Origin: Octopus vulgaris
Lineage: Eukaryota
Length of the DNA: 64,000 bases
Assembly (NCBI GenBank): GCA_951406725.2
Contig: OX597815.1
Location: 50,158,001 to 50,222,000 of the forward strand
Direction: 5' to 3'
Shown: piece by piece, positions 40,494-53,872 of the stretch
Layout of the letters: the number at the start of each line of letters is the position of its first letter
How positions within the stretch are numbered: the first letter of the stretch is position 1
Program-made: the position numbers and the translations under genes
The notes under the pieces: model-generated
What the model saw: the letters and a program-made list of their open reading frames with translations, nothing else
Database searches by the model: none
Told to the model about the DNA's origin: nothing

Positions 40494-40525
<32 letters not shown>

Positions 40526-40528
<3 letters not shown>

Positions 40529-40937
40529 GGACATGCTACCTAGGTAGGCAAGATAGGCAGTGCTTACCTTGAATAAAATAGATCGATAGCAACATTTTCC
40601 TTTTATGGAAAAATATGTACCTAGTTCAATAAAATAATGAAGGTTACTCTGATTACTATGTATAAAATGCAAAATATATATATATTTTTTTGTAGATTAG
40701 GTAGGCATAAATCACCCCTGCTTTTTAATCTCAGTATTTAAACTACACATAGCCCTGCTGTAGTATACGTGCTGTGTACACACCTACAACATTGTTTTCC
40801 TTACGTGCTATGAAGGCAGAAGTAAATCTGCCTTCAGCTCAGTCACTTGACTGTATTTCACTTATTTTTTGTGTCTGTTTTACTAGACAAAGGTCACCAG
40901 CTCCCTACCCTGAGTAATTACTGATGGCACGTGCCTG
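40526..40937. mobile_element. Possible hAT-like MITE inside a TA tract
   Basis: Termini cagggacatgc / gcacgtgcctg (9/11 inverted match), flanked by atatatat / atatatgt. Confidence 0.4.
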
Positions 40938-40938
40938 A

Positions 40939-40988
<50 letters not shown>

Positions 40989-41068
40989 TATATACATATA
41001 CATACATGCATACATACATACATACATACGTACATACATACATACATACATATATACATACACACATA

Positions 41069-41283
41069 AAGGGGTGCTGTAAAGTTCCTGGCTTTCAGTA
41101 AAAGAAAATACAAAAAGATCCGTTAATTATGATTTTATTCAACATATTCCCCTTTCAGACTCCCACACTTATTACAGCAGTCCTTCAGTTTTTCTAAGCC
41201 CTGTAAAATAACTTGGATGGTTGGGCCTCTAACCAGGTCTTTCACAATACTCTTGAAGCAAAAAAATTTTCAGTACCCTCTCT
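41069..41283. mobile_element. Mariner-type MITE
   Basis: TA-aaggggtgctgtaaagttcctggcttt ... aagcaaaaaaattttcagtaccctctct-TA: degenerate TIRs of the CGAGGG(G)TG type. Confidence 0.6.
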
Positions 41284-41319
41284 TATATATATATATATAT
41301 ATATATATATACAAACATA

Positions 41320-41681
41320 CACTGTAAAAACCCATGTAATTTATTCATTTTTTTCACAAAAATAAAATTAAATTTTATTGGGGGGGGGGGGGGGTAAATT
41401 ACAGGAGTAGATCATTTCCAGAATTTTTTTGACATTTTTTGTTGAAAAAAAAGAAATATACAAAACGTAAACATTTGTACTGGTAGTTGACTCATTTGAT
41501 ATCAGAATAGGTTTTTACACAAAAAATAAGAGCTTAAATATAATGAAGTTGACTTTTATTTATGCTGGACTATAATGCTTACTTTTTCTGTATAAATTTA
41601 CTAAAACCATTAAATGGTTAACTACTTTCTGAAGTCTGACGTTCATGCTGGTGAACACGGTCTGAGCCATATTTTACAGTG
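41320..41681. mobile_element. Possible CACTG-ended (EnSpm/CMC-like) non-autonomous element
   Basis: Perfect 10-bp TIR cactgtaaaa / ttttacagtg. No clean TSD. Confidence 0.35.
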
Positions 41682-43660
41682 CTTGAAGTTTGTACCTATC
41701 GCAATGGAGCACCATTGGCATACATGGTGATATGGATATTCCTGATTGAAAAAATGCAATGATATGGATAATCTTGATTGTATGTTTTTATTTTTCTCTA
41801 TTTATTACTAAGCACAGTTTTAAGTTTGTTGTACTGTTTATGCCTATTTTGAACATTGGCTTCATTAACATTAAAATGCTTTCTGGCAGCTCTATTGCCA
41901 CATTCAAATGTCTATTCAACATATCTAATTTCCTCTTCGTAGTAAACAATTTATAAATTCTGCCCATATTGATAATAATGGTAATGACAAATTTTGAAGT
42001 TTGCTTGACATTTTATAGCGTGAAAGGTAGTAAAATTTCGATACTTCTTCCAGTTTCCATCAACTAAATCCATTCACGATCTTTTGGTAGCCTTTGACAC
42101 TATAGTATAAATACTTTCACAAGGTGCAGTGCCATGGGACTGAACTTCAGACCACATAGTTAGGAATCAAGCTTATCAACAACACAGCCATACCTAAAAA
42201 GTTGTCCATTTTTTTTTAGATGTTTCTGTATTGCTCAAGACATGTCATCGATAATTTTTTGCTTTTTAAAATAATAATTATGGTAATAATCTTTAAGAAA
42301 TTTTTTCCTAAATATCTATCTTAATTGACTTTTGTTTAATTGTTGTTATTATCAACAGATTAATTTCTAATTTCAGAAAAAAATATTAGTTATTGGAAAA
42401 TAACCTATGACTTAAAAGTTTAAGTACTATATTACTTCACTCTTTGTTTTCTGATGTTGCTGGTGTTGTTTTTTATCTTTATTATTTATTTTCTTTTTGT
42501 CTTGATTTTCAAGTTGGAGAAAGAAAAAAGTATTATTGTAGAATGATATTGAAATAAAACAAATATTGTAATAAATTAGTTAAAAGTGCAAAAACCAATT
42601 TTTACTGATAAACTGAAAATAATTTATCAATTGAAGTTAATTTATTGATAAATCTATTGATACATTTGACTCTTTCTGTCTCTCATATTGGAAGAAAGAA
42701 AAAAAATAAAAAGAAAAAGAAAAGAGAAAAAAGTTATATTGTAGTAAAAGCAAGATGTTTAGATATTTAGTTGAACATTATATAATGTTATGTTGTTGTT
42801 AAACCCCAGGTCAAATCTGGACAAACCTATGATCAGAGATGTTCAAGTCATGACTATCTCACCAAAGGTATCTTACCAAATGTATCTAGAACAATACAAT
42901 CCAATGTGTCCCTTTTTATGGTTTTTTTGGACAGTATGATGATTTAAGGGATATTTTGCCATCATATCTAGCTAGTTTAGTGAACACACAGAAAATCCAT
43001 ATTTGGTTCAACCTATAAGATGTTTTCAAGTTGAATAAAAAATCCTCACCATTCCTAATCAACCTGAATACAAAAAGTTCATTATATGACTGTCATTAAT
43101 TTTACAGACCCTAAGATAGATGGGAAATTTTAATTTACTGAGACAGAAGCCATGAGATCTTAAGTTTAATAATTTCCAACTTCACTAAATTGTTGTTGTC
43201 CTTTTTTTTTTTGCAATTCCTTAATCAGGAGAGATGTTAATGTCCATGTTCTTTTATAAGGTCTCTGTGACTGACAGGAGAAAGCTATTCTTAAACTAGA
43301 AATGTTTGCAACACAGTGGACTCCATTACAAGTGTCCAAAGACAGTGGTGGTGTTAAACCAGTAATGGAATAAGTCTATCACAAGTAGGCCATTGCAGGA
43401 TTCGAACTCAGAACACAAACAACCAGAACAAATACCACAAAACATTATATTTGAATTCCTAATAATTCCACAAGTCTAACGTCCATAACTTATACTTTAT
43501 TTATCAACTCCAGAAAAACAAAAGGTAAAGTTAGCCACAGAAAGATTTGAACTCAGAATCCAAGATGCTTCAATCCAATGTTTTAAAAACTCTGCCAAAC
43601 TGCTGAATGAGTGAATAACTTGCAGCTATTTTAGAGAGTTCCATAACATAAGCTGTTTAA

Positions 43661-43886
43661 CACTTTTGATACCAACCCGGCTGAAACTGGCTCTGGCTCT
43701 GGCTCTGGGTACAAATGTCTTGTTTTCATAAGTTTTGAATTCAAATCTTCCACCAAACCTTAGCCACAATTTATGTTCCTAACACTAGCTTAATGATAAC
43801 TAAGTTATTTTACTAAACTCTTTGTTATATTTAAAGTAATTGAAAGAAACACAGAGCATCTCAAAATAAATACAGTAACGAAAAGG
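43661..43886. mobile_element. piggyBac-like MITE (TTAA TSD), second family
   Basis: TTAA-cacttttgatac ... gtaacgaaaagg-TTAA. Confidence 0.65.
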
Positions 43887-46260
43887 TTAAGAATAACTTT
43901 CTCCTGTCAAATCCTGCAAAATCTTCCAACATTCACAGCCACCTGAATATCTAAAAACTGTTGTGATTGTGCAACAATTAATCAAGTTAGTAATCAATAA
44001 ACATATCTTTTCTAATAAGTAGAGCTCAATAAATATCTTCATATCACACGGCAAAATATTAGAATAAAAAATAGGAAAAAAGTAATCAAATTGTTGAAGA
44101 AAAGATATATAAAGATATATTTTCCAGTTATATTAATAACCTTAATTGAGCTTTGATAAATTATTATTAATTCATTTGTAACCAGAGAATAACAGTGATA
44201 GAAATAGAAGAAATGTCAGAGAAGATGTAATCAGTAGGATTATAACTTTTATAAACAACAATAAAAGTAATTGTATCTTGATCCAATAATTGTTTAATTG
44301 TTAACCCTGGTTAACATTTTTGTAAGAATACTTCTGAAATAAAATCGTTCGTCTGTTGAACTGGTAAAATGTATTCTGAATGAAGTATTATTCCTGCAGT
44401 TAGATATAATAACGGAATTGCTACTTGGTATCTCAGTCTGCTGGAGATAGCAGCCAAAAATCCTTCCATTTATACTTGCCACCTTACAAAAAGAAGTATA
44501 CATTGGACAATGTAGTTCCTATTATATGAAAAAATGGAACGGTCATGAAGGGGATGTCAGTGATCATAGGTTTGCTCAATTAGTAGGACTATGACTATAT
44601 TCCTACTTTTGCCATGGAATATGATTAAAGTGTACTTAAACCATATAAAATTCAACTTACACTTTGCTGTATTTTCTATAAGTAGAGTTTATATATTTTC
44701 TAAAGATCTATACATATCTAAAGATCATGATTAGATCAATAACATATGTTCTATCTTTCTAACCTCATCAGTAGCCAATATCAAGTCTTTAAAAGCAGAA
44801 AGATTCTTGTGGTCCCATATGTGGGATTCCAAAAAGATTATAGATAAAAAAAAAGACAACTTTTACTTACCAGAAATAAACATACTCTGAGAAAATGAAA
44901 TGAAATTTTGAGGTTATTACTAAACCTGATTTTAATAGTAGTTGAGGTGGGGCTAATATAAAAACAAATGTTCTTGTCATATATATTTTGAATAATTCAG
45001 AAAACTTGAAAAGAAGAAAAAAATCAACTGAGACCTTGGAATCATAATTCATTACAAAAAAAAGAAAAGAAAAAAATAATGGTAATAAATGTTCTCCTTA
45101 TTTGTTTTAATAAACTAATAGATAATAGAAATTCCCAATGTGGTTTCGTTTTTTAGCCTAAAAACATACATAAAAAGGTAGATAAATCTATCAAGAAATA
45201 CAAACTGGTAATTTGATATATTTATACACCGGTAACTCACCACAGCAATTTATATACAAAATTCAACTCTGCTGAGATGCAGTCAGCTGCAAACTTGACA
45301 TTTGATTTAAATCACCGAACGATACAAGCACGCAGAAAATTTGATTCAATATAGAATTGTAAAATCACTGCCAGAAAATATGATATATCATATTATGGCA
45401 ATAAAAAGAGCAATAACTGACTGTGGTGACATATAAACTGTTCGATTAATGGCAATATAGAGTGTGATCTTTAGTCAAATAATTTTCCTATCTTTTTTTT
45501 TTCTTTCTCCTTTTTCTCTTCTGATATCCCAAACTGTTAAAACTGCAAGGAAATGCACAATAATTTTGACATATATTTTGGTTTCATGTAAGTCTGTTGA
45601 AGAATAATTTACAGCAGGCAGGTAAATATGGCTGACACAGAAGAGCAACAGATGTAAATTAACAGCAGTATCTAGATTCCAGGTTCGAATCCTATCAATA
45701 TGATAGAATCAATTCCATTACTACACTCCAAGGCAAACAAAGCTCTTGCCTTGACCTTTTACACGGTAAAAATGGTTAATGTGATCTATTTTGGCTGATG
45801 AAATTCCTGAATCACAGGTGAATATCACTAGAAGTTGATTAGATGAACAGTCAAGAAACTATCTATGGCAGGATCAACCAGTTCAGTTAGCAAACTGCTA
45901 CTGTCCTTTATAGTTGTGATGCACAGATGAAACATTCACCTGCTGAGCAACCAATAAGACTTAACTGTCCAAGCAAGTTGCCTGACTAGATGATGATGAT
46001 GGTGATGATAGTTAAGAAATGCATCAAGAATATTAGGAAGCAGTCTCATGGTCCCAGCAGACAAAATGGAAAAGGTGTTGCCCCAGAGGATGGTGAGGGA
46101 GATGTGCTGCATAAAGTGGCTGGTGATAAGAAAGGGCATTGAGCTATAGAAACCCAGTTAAATGGTATGTACAATCACCAGTCTATGAGAGTGATGGTTT
46201 CCCAACAAGAAATGATTAGCATTGTGATAACTGATGCAACACATGCCAGAATTTAATGCA

Positions 46261-46537
<277 letters not shown>

Positions 46538-46732
46538 CTTTCAACATAGCTGTCCCACATGTTGGAGTCTCTCCGTTTATGCTAGGATTTTTCAATCTTT
46601 TTTTATTTTTTGCATTACACACACATCAGAATACGTGGAGGGAGCCTTTTCTAAACAGAAAAATAATACTTTTCAGTCCATGACTTTTTCAGTCACAACC
46701 ATTAAAAAAAGCTAGTTATATCATTCCAGTGA

Positions 46733-47045
46733 AGGTGCATGGTGAAGTGGTTTTGGTATTCAGCTCAGGATTGTAAGGTTGTGAGTTCAATTTCCCGCAG
46801 GGCGTTGTCGTTCAGCAAGACACTTTATTTCCCATTGTTTCAATCCACTCAGCTGGCAAAAATAATTAGTACCTGTATTTCAAAGGGCCAGCCTTGTTAC
46901 ATTCTGCATTATGCTGAATCTCTCTGAAAACTACTTTAAGGGTATGCATCTCTGTGGAGTACTCAGCCACTTGCACATTAATGTCACAAGCAAGCTGTTG
47001 TGTTGATTGCATCATTGTAACCGACAGAGTGCCAGTTTTATAGTA
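46733..47045 (+). mobile_element. SINE family C
   Basis: gcatggtgaagtggtt...gtgagttcaatt...agcaagacactttatttc...ccactcagctggcaaaa. Confidence 0.75.
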
Positions 47046-47197
47046 TTCCATTCTCTGAACAAACCTGTACTCCACATTTTTAGAGGAAAACAATTTGTTT
47101 TTAATTCATGTATCTTAAATGGCATGCACCTCCCTCATCGCCCTTTTGGAACAGCGATCACAGCTGAATTTTTTTCCCTTTAATTTTTGTAAGTATA

Positions 47198-48715
47198 CAC
47201 TATGTTCCCTTTTATTATGCAGGTCAATCATTCCTCAATAAAATCAAAACCCCTCGTCCGATTTTCTTGAAATCTTTACGGGATATGTAGGATTATGTGT
47301 CCCATGTTTCATGTACTTTTCGTCTAAATTAGTGTACATTTAAAGTGGAAATGAAGGAAAACACGCTTATGGGGTGCTTCTTTTTATTATGCAAGTTAAC
47401 AAGATACTGCTTTCCTCCATGTGATTTTGAATGCATTTTGAAATGTTTTTTTCTTGATTTTAGATACAGGAAATATAGAAATGGGTCGAAGTAAAGATAT
47501 AACATCAAAGGAAAAGAAAGAAATAGTGAAACTAGAGGGAGAATGTGATACAACAACTGTAATTTCTAAAAAGCTAAATAGAGATCACAGAACAAAAAAA
47601 AAACAGGAAGAAAATATTGAGAGAGTAAGAATAAAGAAGAAAACAAATCTTTGAAGAAGCAGGAATTTCTAACATACAAAAGGAAAAACGTTGCACAATG
47701 CTAAAAGAAATAGGCAAAGTCATAAATTTTGCAAAATTGCCTCCTCTAAATAAAGTATACGATGAAAAGAGAGTGATGTGGGCAAAAAGATATATGAAGA
47801 TAGACTTCACAAATGTAATTTTTACTGACGAATGCAGAGCAACATTAGACAGATTTGATGGATGGTCTAGAGGCTGGGTGTTACATGGAAAAAGTCAACC
47901 AACATGATTAGAAGACGACAGGGTGGTGAAAGAATCACGTTTTGGGTTGGTATAGTTGGAGCAGACATCATAGGACCATTTAAGGTTGCTAATGGAGTCA
48001 AAATAAATGCCGAAAATTATTGCAACTTTTTCCATTGATACAAGTCAACGTCGCGAAGTTTCAAGTTAAAGAACGTATTTATGCATGATGATGCCCCTTC
48101 ACACTCTGTCAATCTCACTATTAATCATTTAGCTAAGAAAGGTTTCAAAGAACATAAGATAATGAAATGCAAACGCTAATCTCCAGATCTAAACCCAATA
48201 GAGAATTGATGGTCAGTTATTAACGATGTATATTCTAATGGTAAACAATATCTAAACAAGGATTTACTATGGGAAGCAATAAAAACTGCTGCAAGTAATA
48301 TTAAAGGTGAGATTGTTGAGAAATTGACAAAATCAATTGATGAGAGAATATTTAGTTATAGATGGTAAAGGAGGCTATATAAAGATGTAAAATATATACA
48401 TAATTGTTTATAAATATAATTATATGGTGGAAGATATACGTATATATATTAATGGTCTGGTTATATATAGTTCTATATGAAAGTCACATTACGTGTAGTT
48501 AATATATTTGTCAACTTGCCTAATAAAAAGAAACACCCTATAAAAATGTTTTATTTTTCATTTCCGCTTTAAATGTACACCGATTTAGACGAAAAGTACA
48601 CAAGACATGGGATATATAATCTTACATATCCCGTAAAAATTTCAAGAAAATCGGATGAGGGGTTTTGATTTTATTGAGGAATGATTGACCTGCATAATAA
48701 AAGAAAAACATGGTG
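47198..48715 (+). mobile_element. Tc1-like DNA transposon with both ends intact (~205-bp TIRs, TA TSD, IR/DR structure)
   Basis: 47198-47402 is inversely repeated at 48508-48715, with TA on both sides. ttttattatgca(g/a)gt is repeated at the outer and inner ends of the TIR. Confidence 0.95.
47481..48390 (+). pseudogene. Tc1 transposase pseudogene
   Basis: MGRSKDITSKEKKEIV...KKLNRDHRT, VIFTDECRATLD..DGWSRGW, FWVGIVG, FMHDDAPSH and SPDLNPIEN, with several stops and frameshifts. Confidence 0.92.
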
Positions 48716-49579
48716 TATTATATTCCATATTCTGAAACATTTGCAATTTGTGTTTAAAGCAAAACATTCTTGCCTCTGCCATCTCCATTGCACATTTCCT
48801 GATTGAAATGACTTTTTTTTGTTTTTGTTTCATTTTCGTTATTTTTCAGGGTTTTATATATATTTTGCCATGCTGTAAAAACTTTTTACTATACGACATA
48901 TAAATTAAATTAACAGGAAAACAGGAATATATAATGACTTACCTAACTTACATAGGTATAATTCCACCCAAATTAATTTTACACAAGACAAAATCAAATA
49001 CAAAGAAATACCTGGGACAAGGAGCCGCTGTGCCAAATTGTTGCTATGATAGACAACAGGTAAAACAAAATAGTGTTGGTCCCATTATACTTTTCTACTT
49101 TTAAAAATATTCTTTTCAACATTCTAAATAATTAAAATCATCATTTTATAAATGGTATTTTCTGTCTCTCTGCCCTAAACATCTTTCTCTCTCTCCTCCC
49201 ACTGCCAAGTCTCTCTCTTTCCTCCCTTCCTTTCACTTTCTCCCTATAACGTCGTTTGACAGCGTCTACTATCTTTCCCCCGCCGCTTTGCCAGCGCTGT
49301 CACTCTCCCACATCCTCTCTCTTTCTACGTCTGTCTGCATTCATAGAGAAAAATTATCATCGCCACCACCACAACACAATCATGAGAACAAATATTATGA
49401 ATCAGATATTTATTGGGTTAATTTACATATGTGTGTGTGTGTTCTATATATAAATATATATATATATATAATGTATATATACAAAGTGTATATATCTGTA
49501 TTTATATATATATATGTATATATAATTTGTATATATAATGCGTACACACACACACATATATATATGTAATGCGTATATA

Positions 49580-49589
<10 letters not shown>

Positions 49590-49619
<30 letters not shown>

Positions 49620-50497
49620 GTGTGTATTATGTGGTCGGTTGAGCTGAAAATATGCACACCTATGTTAAAAGTGCTGGCGAGTTTGCATGGCAACTATTTT
49701 TTTCCTCAAATGAAAGGCGTGACCTCTAGGACAAAATTCCTCATCTTATAAAATGTGACCCGAGTAGACCCGAATGAAATCGGGTTATATTAACCAAAAT
49801 GTGAAAAGGGGTCTAAATGGGACTGGAAGGAGATTAAAATTTACAGGCGAGGGTGTTTAGGAAGTCTCTGTTACATCAAGCTAAAAAATTTGCGCCAGCC
49901 TTTAAATCGTCTATGTGTTGCCGTCCATGATGAAGAAGTTTTGAATGCTTGCCATGGTGAGTCTACTGTCGTGAGAAAGAATCACTTCAAAACTTGGTGT
50001 TTAGGAATTTTCTTTTACGCCAGCCGTTAAACTGCCACTACGTTGCTGTCTGTCGTTAAGAAATGCCAGCCATTGTGACTCTACTGTCCTCAGGTTCTAT
50101 CCCTTCAAACTTTGGTTTCCAATATTTTTTTTATTTTTATTCAGCTCGCAAGTTCGTCTGTCCATTTTAAATGTTAGTGTTTTACTGTCTGCCTTGAAGC
50201 AGACCTTTCCGTTGTCACTACCTGATATTTATGATTGATCTTTCAAAATATTTTCTTTCTCAACTTACTCAAGATTTTTTGTTGTTTATAAATTGCAGAC
50301 AGAAAGATAGAGAAAGGTAGAGAGTAAGAGAAAGCGAGGGAGAGTCCGAGAGAAAGGAAGAATAAGAGAGTGGGAAAGTGAGAGAGAAAGGAGAGAGAAA
50401 CAAAGAGGGAGAATGTGGTGATAAAAAACAAAAAGGATGCAACAGAAAGTAACAACCACACTCTTACCCGCGCGTAGAGCGGGTCATCTGAAGCTAG
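49590..50497 (+). mobile_element. Non-autonomous Helitron (3' end clear, 5' end approximate within a TA run)
   Basis: GC hairpin ACCCGC-gcgtaga-GCGGGT (50466-50484), then 9 nt, then CTAG (50494-50497) followed by T: a canonical Helitron 3' terminus. Confidence 0.6.
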
Positions 50498-50634
50498 TAT
50501 ATATATATAGGTGAAAGTAAAGAATACATACATCTGGTGGTTAGGGTTTTTGCTATGCTGAAAATGGGTGGTGTACGTATTCTTTACCTCCGCCCATATG
50601 TGTGTATATTTGTTACTGATGAAACTAGCAAAGG

Positions 50635-50945
50635 GGCCTTCCTTCGTTTTATCTCGACAAAACTATTACAAGACCTCGCTTGTTCCATGACAACTCGACA
50701 ATTCACTTCGGATATCTTCGTGACCTCCGAAAATTTGCGGATTTTACATACACACATGAAGCAGGTAAGAACAAATATTCAAGGCTTTTTGCTGGCATAA
50801 TTTCGTTATATATTCCACAATACATAAAAACAGAACGCGTACACTGTCACGGATGTCACGAAGATATCCGAAATGAATTGTCGAGTTGACACGGAAACAA
50901 CTGAAGTCGTGTTATAGTTTTGTCGAGTTAAAACGAAGGAACGCC
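50635..50945. mobile_element. MITE with ~95-bp TIRs (PIF/Harbinger-like GGC ends)
   Basis: ggccttccttcgttttatctcgacaaaacta...cggatatcttcgtgac is inversely repeated at about 50850-50945. Confidence 0.8.
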
Positions 50946-51140
50946 AGTGAAGGATATGAACAATAATGAGAAAGCAAAATATAATTGAAAAATGTCATTT
51001 TCACTGTATACGGAGATCTGGAATGATTATTCGCATATTTATTAACGTGCATCTAGACAGATACAGACGCAAAATATGTTGATCGCTGTAGTGTACGTCA
51101 TAGCAGAATAACTTCTTTTTACGAGTGTTCAACACTCTCT

Positions 51141-51438
51141 GCTCATTGATGCATGGCATTCTGGAACACTGGTGTTCCAACCTTTTGGGTTTCTCATGTG
51201 TCTGAACTTGCCTGGAAGTGCTAAGAATAAATACTCTAATAATCGTTCCAGATTTTGCTGAACACGGTGCGAATAATGAATTTTTTTATCGGTTGGCAAA
51301 TATAAGTAAACAATGCATATACTGAAAGTATAAGCAAAGCCAATGGCTTAGTTTAGGCTCAGAGTTCCAGTAGTATCTGGTTGACAAGACTCAATATGTT
51401 GGAACACCGATATCCCAGAATACCATGCATCAAAGAGC
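51141..51438. mobile_element. MITE with ~50-bp or longer TIRs
   Basis: gctcattgatgcatggcattctggaacactggtgttccaac versus gttggaacaccgatatcccagaataccatgcatcaaagagc. Confidence 0.75.
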
Positions 51439-52399
51439 CAAATTTTTTGCATCTGAGCCAGCCTAAATGTGTTCAGAATAATTATGCAAATAAAATAAAA
51501 TTGGGACACTAGAAACGAAGTTTCTTGAGCTGTTTACTCTGCACCATCTTAAACTCTCTCTTGTCAATATTGCAATAAAAAATGCACTAAACCACTAATT
51601 ATTTCTCCAGAAATCTGTATTGCTTACAAATCACAAAATAAGATGAAAAATATTTAAATTATTTAGGGATATTTCTTCAGCCTAAAGCATCGCAAAGACT
51701 TTATAATAACAGCAAGAAAATGAAAGAAAAAAGAAAAAAGAAAGGATAATATCTATACATAATTTACCGCTCATATAATGCAGAAAGACATGAAATATAT
51801 AATGATTATCATGTAATTAAACAGGGTCATTATTAAAAGTAACAAATACCTATTAAGATATATCTATTTAATGAACATTATACTAATTAATTATGCTATT
51901 AACAGTGTAATCTTATAGTTAATAGCCTGATTTCTGCATGAAATATATTATCAAGATCAAGTAAGTATATTAATTATTGAGCATGATTTTATCACATTGC
52001 CTGACAAATGTATAATACAGGATACATTCAATATTTTTATAATCTCTCTAGAAACTAGATAAATGCTTGAGAAGCTTAACATTTCTTTTCCTTTATTTCC
52101 TGACTTTATTTCCTTTTAGCTTTATTTTCAGTGATGTGAGACACTCATTTTGTCAGAGTCAATATCACCTTCTGGCCCACGAATGCATTTAATGCAATTT
52201 TGTCTGTTAAACGCACTCAAACATGGCACCTGACAAGTGGTTTTCATGATCCTATGGGGCACAACCAGCTTGTATATATTTCCCTAGAAGCCAAAAACTA
52301 AAACTAAACCTGGCGGACATTTTCTCATCTTTTCTGTAGAATCTGATCGAAACTAGATCCCACACATTTCTTCTTACTTACAAACCACACATCCTTTTC

Positions 52400-53010
52400 T
52401 TCTTTGAAACACAAACCTCTTGACTTTTATTTATGTTTTATCTGTATTATCCAAGCAACAACATTTAGCATAAACTTCTCTCTGAAAGGTGGTGTCTGTG
52501 TACTCTCAGATTCCATCATCTCTGCTCCTTACCTCTCTCACCTGAATATCTGCAACAAAGATTTCCAGTTAACCTGGTTCAAACCCTCACTTGCTACTCA
52601 TCTCAAAAGCATCTGCTTTCAGTACTATTCCCTGACAAATTCCTCAGACAACCAACAATGGTTTGGTCATACTTCTTGCATTAACAGCATCTTTCTCACT
52701 TCACCCCTCTCTGAATTCCCTCTCCTCAATGATTTCAACCACTTACAACTCATCTTGATTTTCACATTTATCAGATAGATATTGTTCATGCAGAAACTGA
52801 ATTTTTTTGCAGACCTCTACCCACTTATTACATCAACTACTTTTGTCCCCTAGATTTACCCTTCACCAACACACAGACACTCTACTCTTTATCTCTGCCT
52901 CACCTCCAAATTCATCTTCTACCATTTATGTGTGTACCTACGCACAATTGCATTTTATGCAATGTCACAAACGTCTAGATCCTTTGGCATTTTAAATCAG
53001 CTGACTTGAT
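52400..53010 (+). mobile_element. Degenerate LINE apurinic-endonuclease (APE) domain fragment
   Basis: KGGVCV...ICFQYYSLTNSS...SPLSEFPLLNDFNH...LWHFKSAD resembles the GGV / YRSP / GDFN motifs of LINE APE domains. Confidence 0.5.
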
Positions 53011-53424
53011 GGAGCCCCATCAATTCTGCTCTTAATTATCCTTAGCAGCCACAAGCATAGCTAGAGTGTGCGCTGCCCAGGGTAGCCCTTCCATCTGCCC
53101 CCTCCCCTGGACTCCCACCAAAAAACATATTGCCTACAGCAGAGCCAAAAGTGGTGCCTCTTTAAAAGTGCTGGCCCCAGCTACACTAAAGATAGCAGCA
53201 CTCGTGTTTCACCTGACTCATCAGAAATAGCTAGGTAGGTAACTAAAAGCTTCCACTTAAGCATGTCCTCTACATCCCACATAATCAAAACTCACAACCC
53301 TAAGTTTCCCAAGAGTTTCACTCATAGTAGTGTTTCAGCAGTTTGGACAAAGAGCACAATCTCAAAATATTGAATGGTATATTTTTACCTAGCACAACAA
53401 TCCTTGCAAGATTCATCTGAACAA

Positions 53425-53872
53425 TGTTTCCACAACTTTCCTCTGCTTTAAGTGATCAGCACTTCTTTATGTAACTGCCCTCATCCATCTGCATCACATG
53501 ACCAAACCAGTGGAGTCTTCTCTCTTGCACACTACATCTTATTCCACTTAAGCCTAACTTCTCTCTCAATACACCTGTACTCTGTTGTACATGTACACTA
53601 ACATCGCACATACAGCTTCATTTCTCTCCAGCTTTTGCATCTCCTCCACATTCAAGGCCCACATCTCACTATGATGCAACATCACAGTTCGTTCACATGC
53701 ATCATACAATCTTCCCTTCACTCAGAGAGAGAGAGACTTTTGGTTGCCAAGAGAGGTAAGAGCTCTCTGAACCTTCTCCATCCTATCCTTATTCTAGCAA
53801 TAACACTTTCTGTACAACCTCCTCCTGTTAACTAGGTCACCGAGATAGCAAAAGTTATCTACAACTTCCAAA
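53425..53872 (-). mobile_element. RTE-clade LINE RT C-terminal fragment
   Basis: LEVVDNFCYLGD...GGCTESVIARIRIGWRRFRELLPLLATK...VKGRLYDAC...SEMWAL...LERNE...ERRLHWFGHVMQM. Confidence 0.88.

Larger units (their letters stand above)
40368..40499. repeat. 132-bp palindrome (spacerless inverted repeat, one mismatch), probably an inverted Penelope-like pLTR junction
   Basis: Centre aag|ctt at 40433/40434. Perfect pairing over 40381-40486, one mismatch (40380 g / 40487 t), then pairing continues to 40368/40499. Confidence 0.95.
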
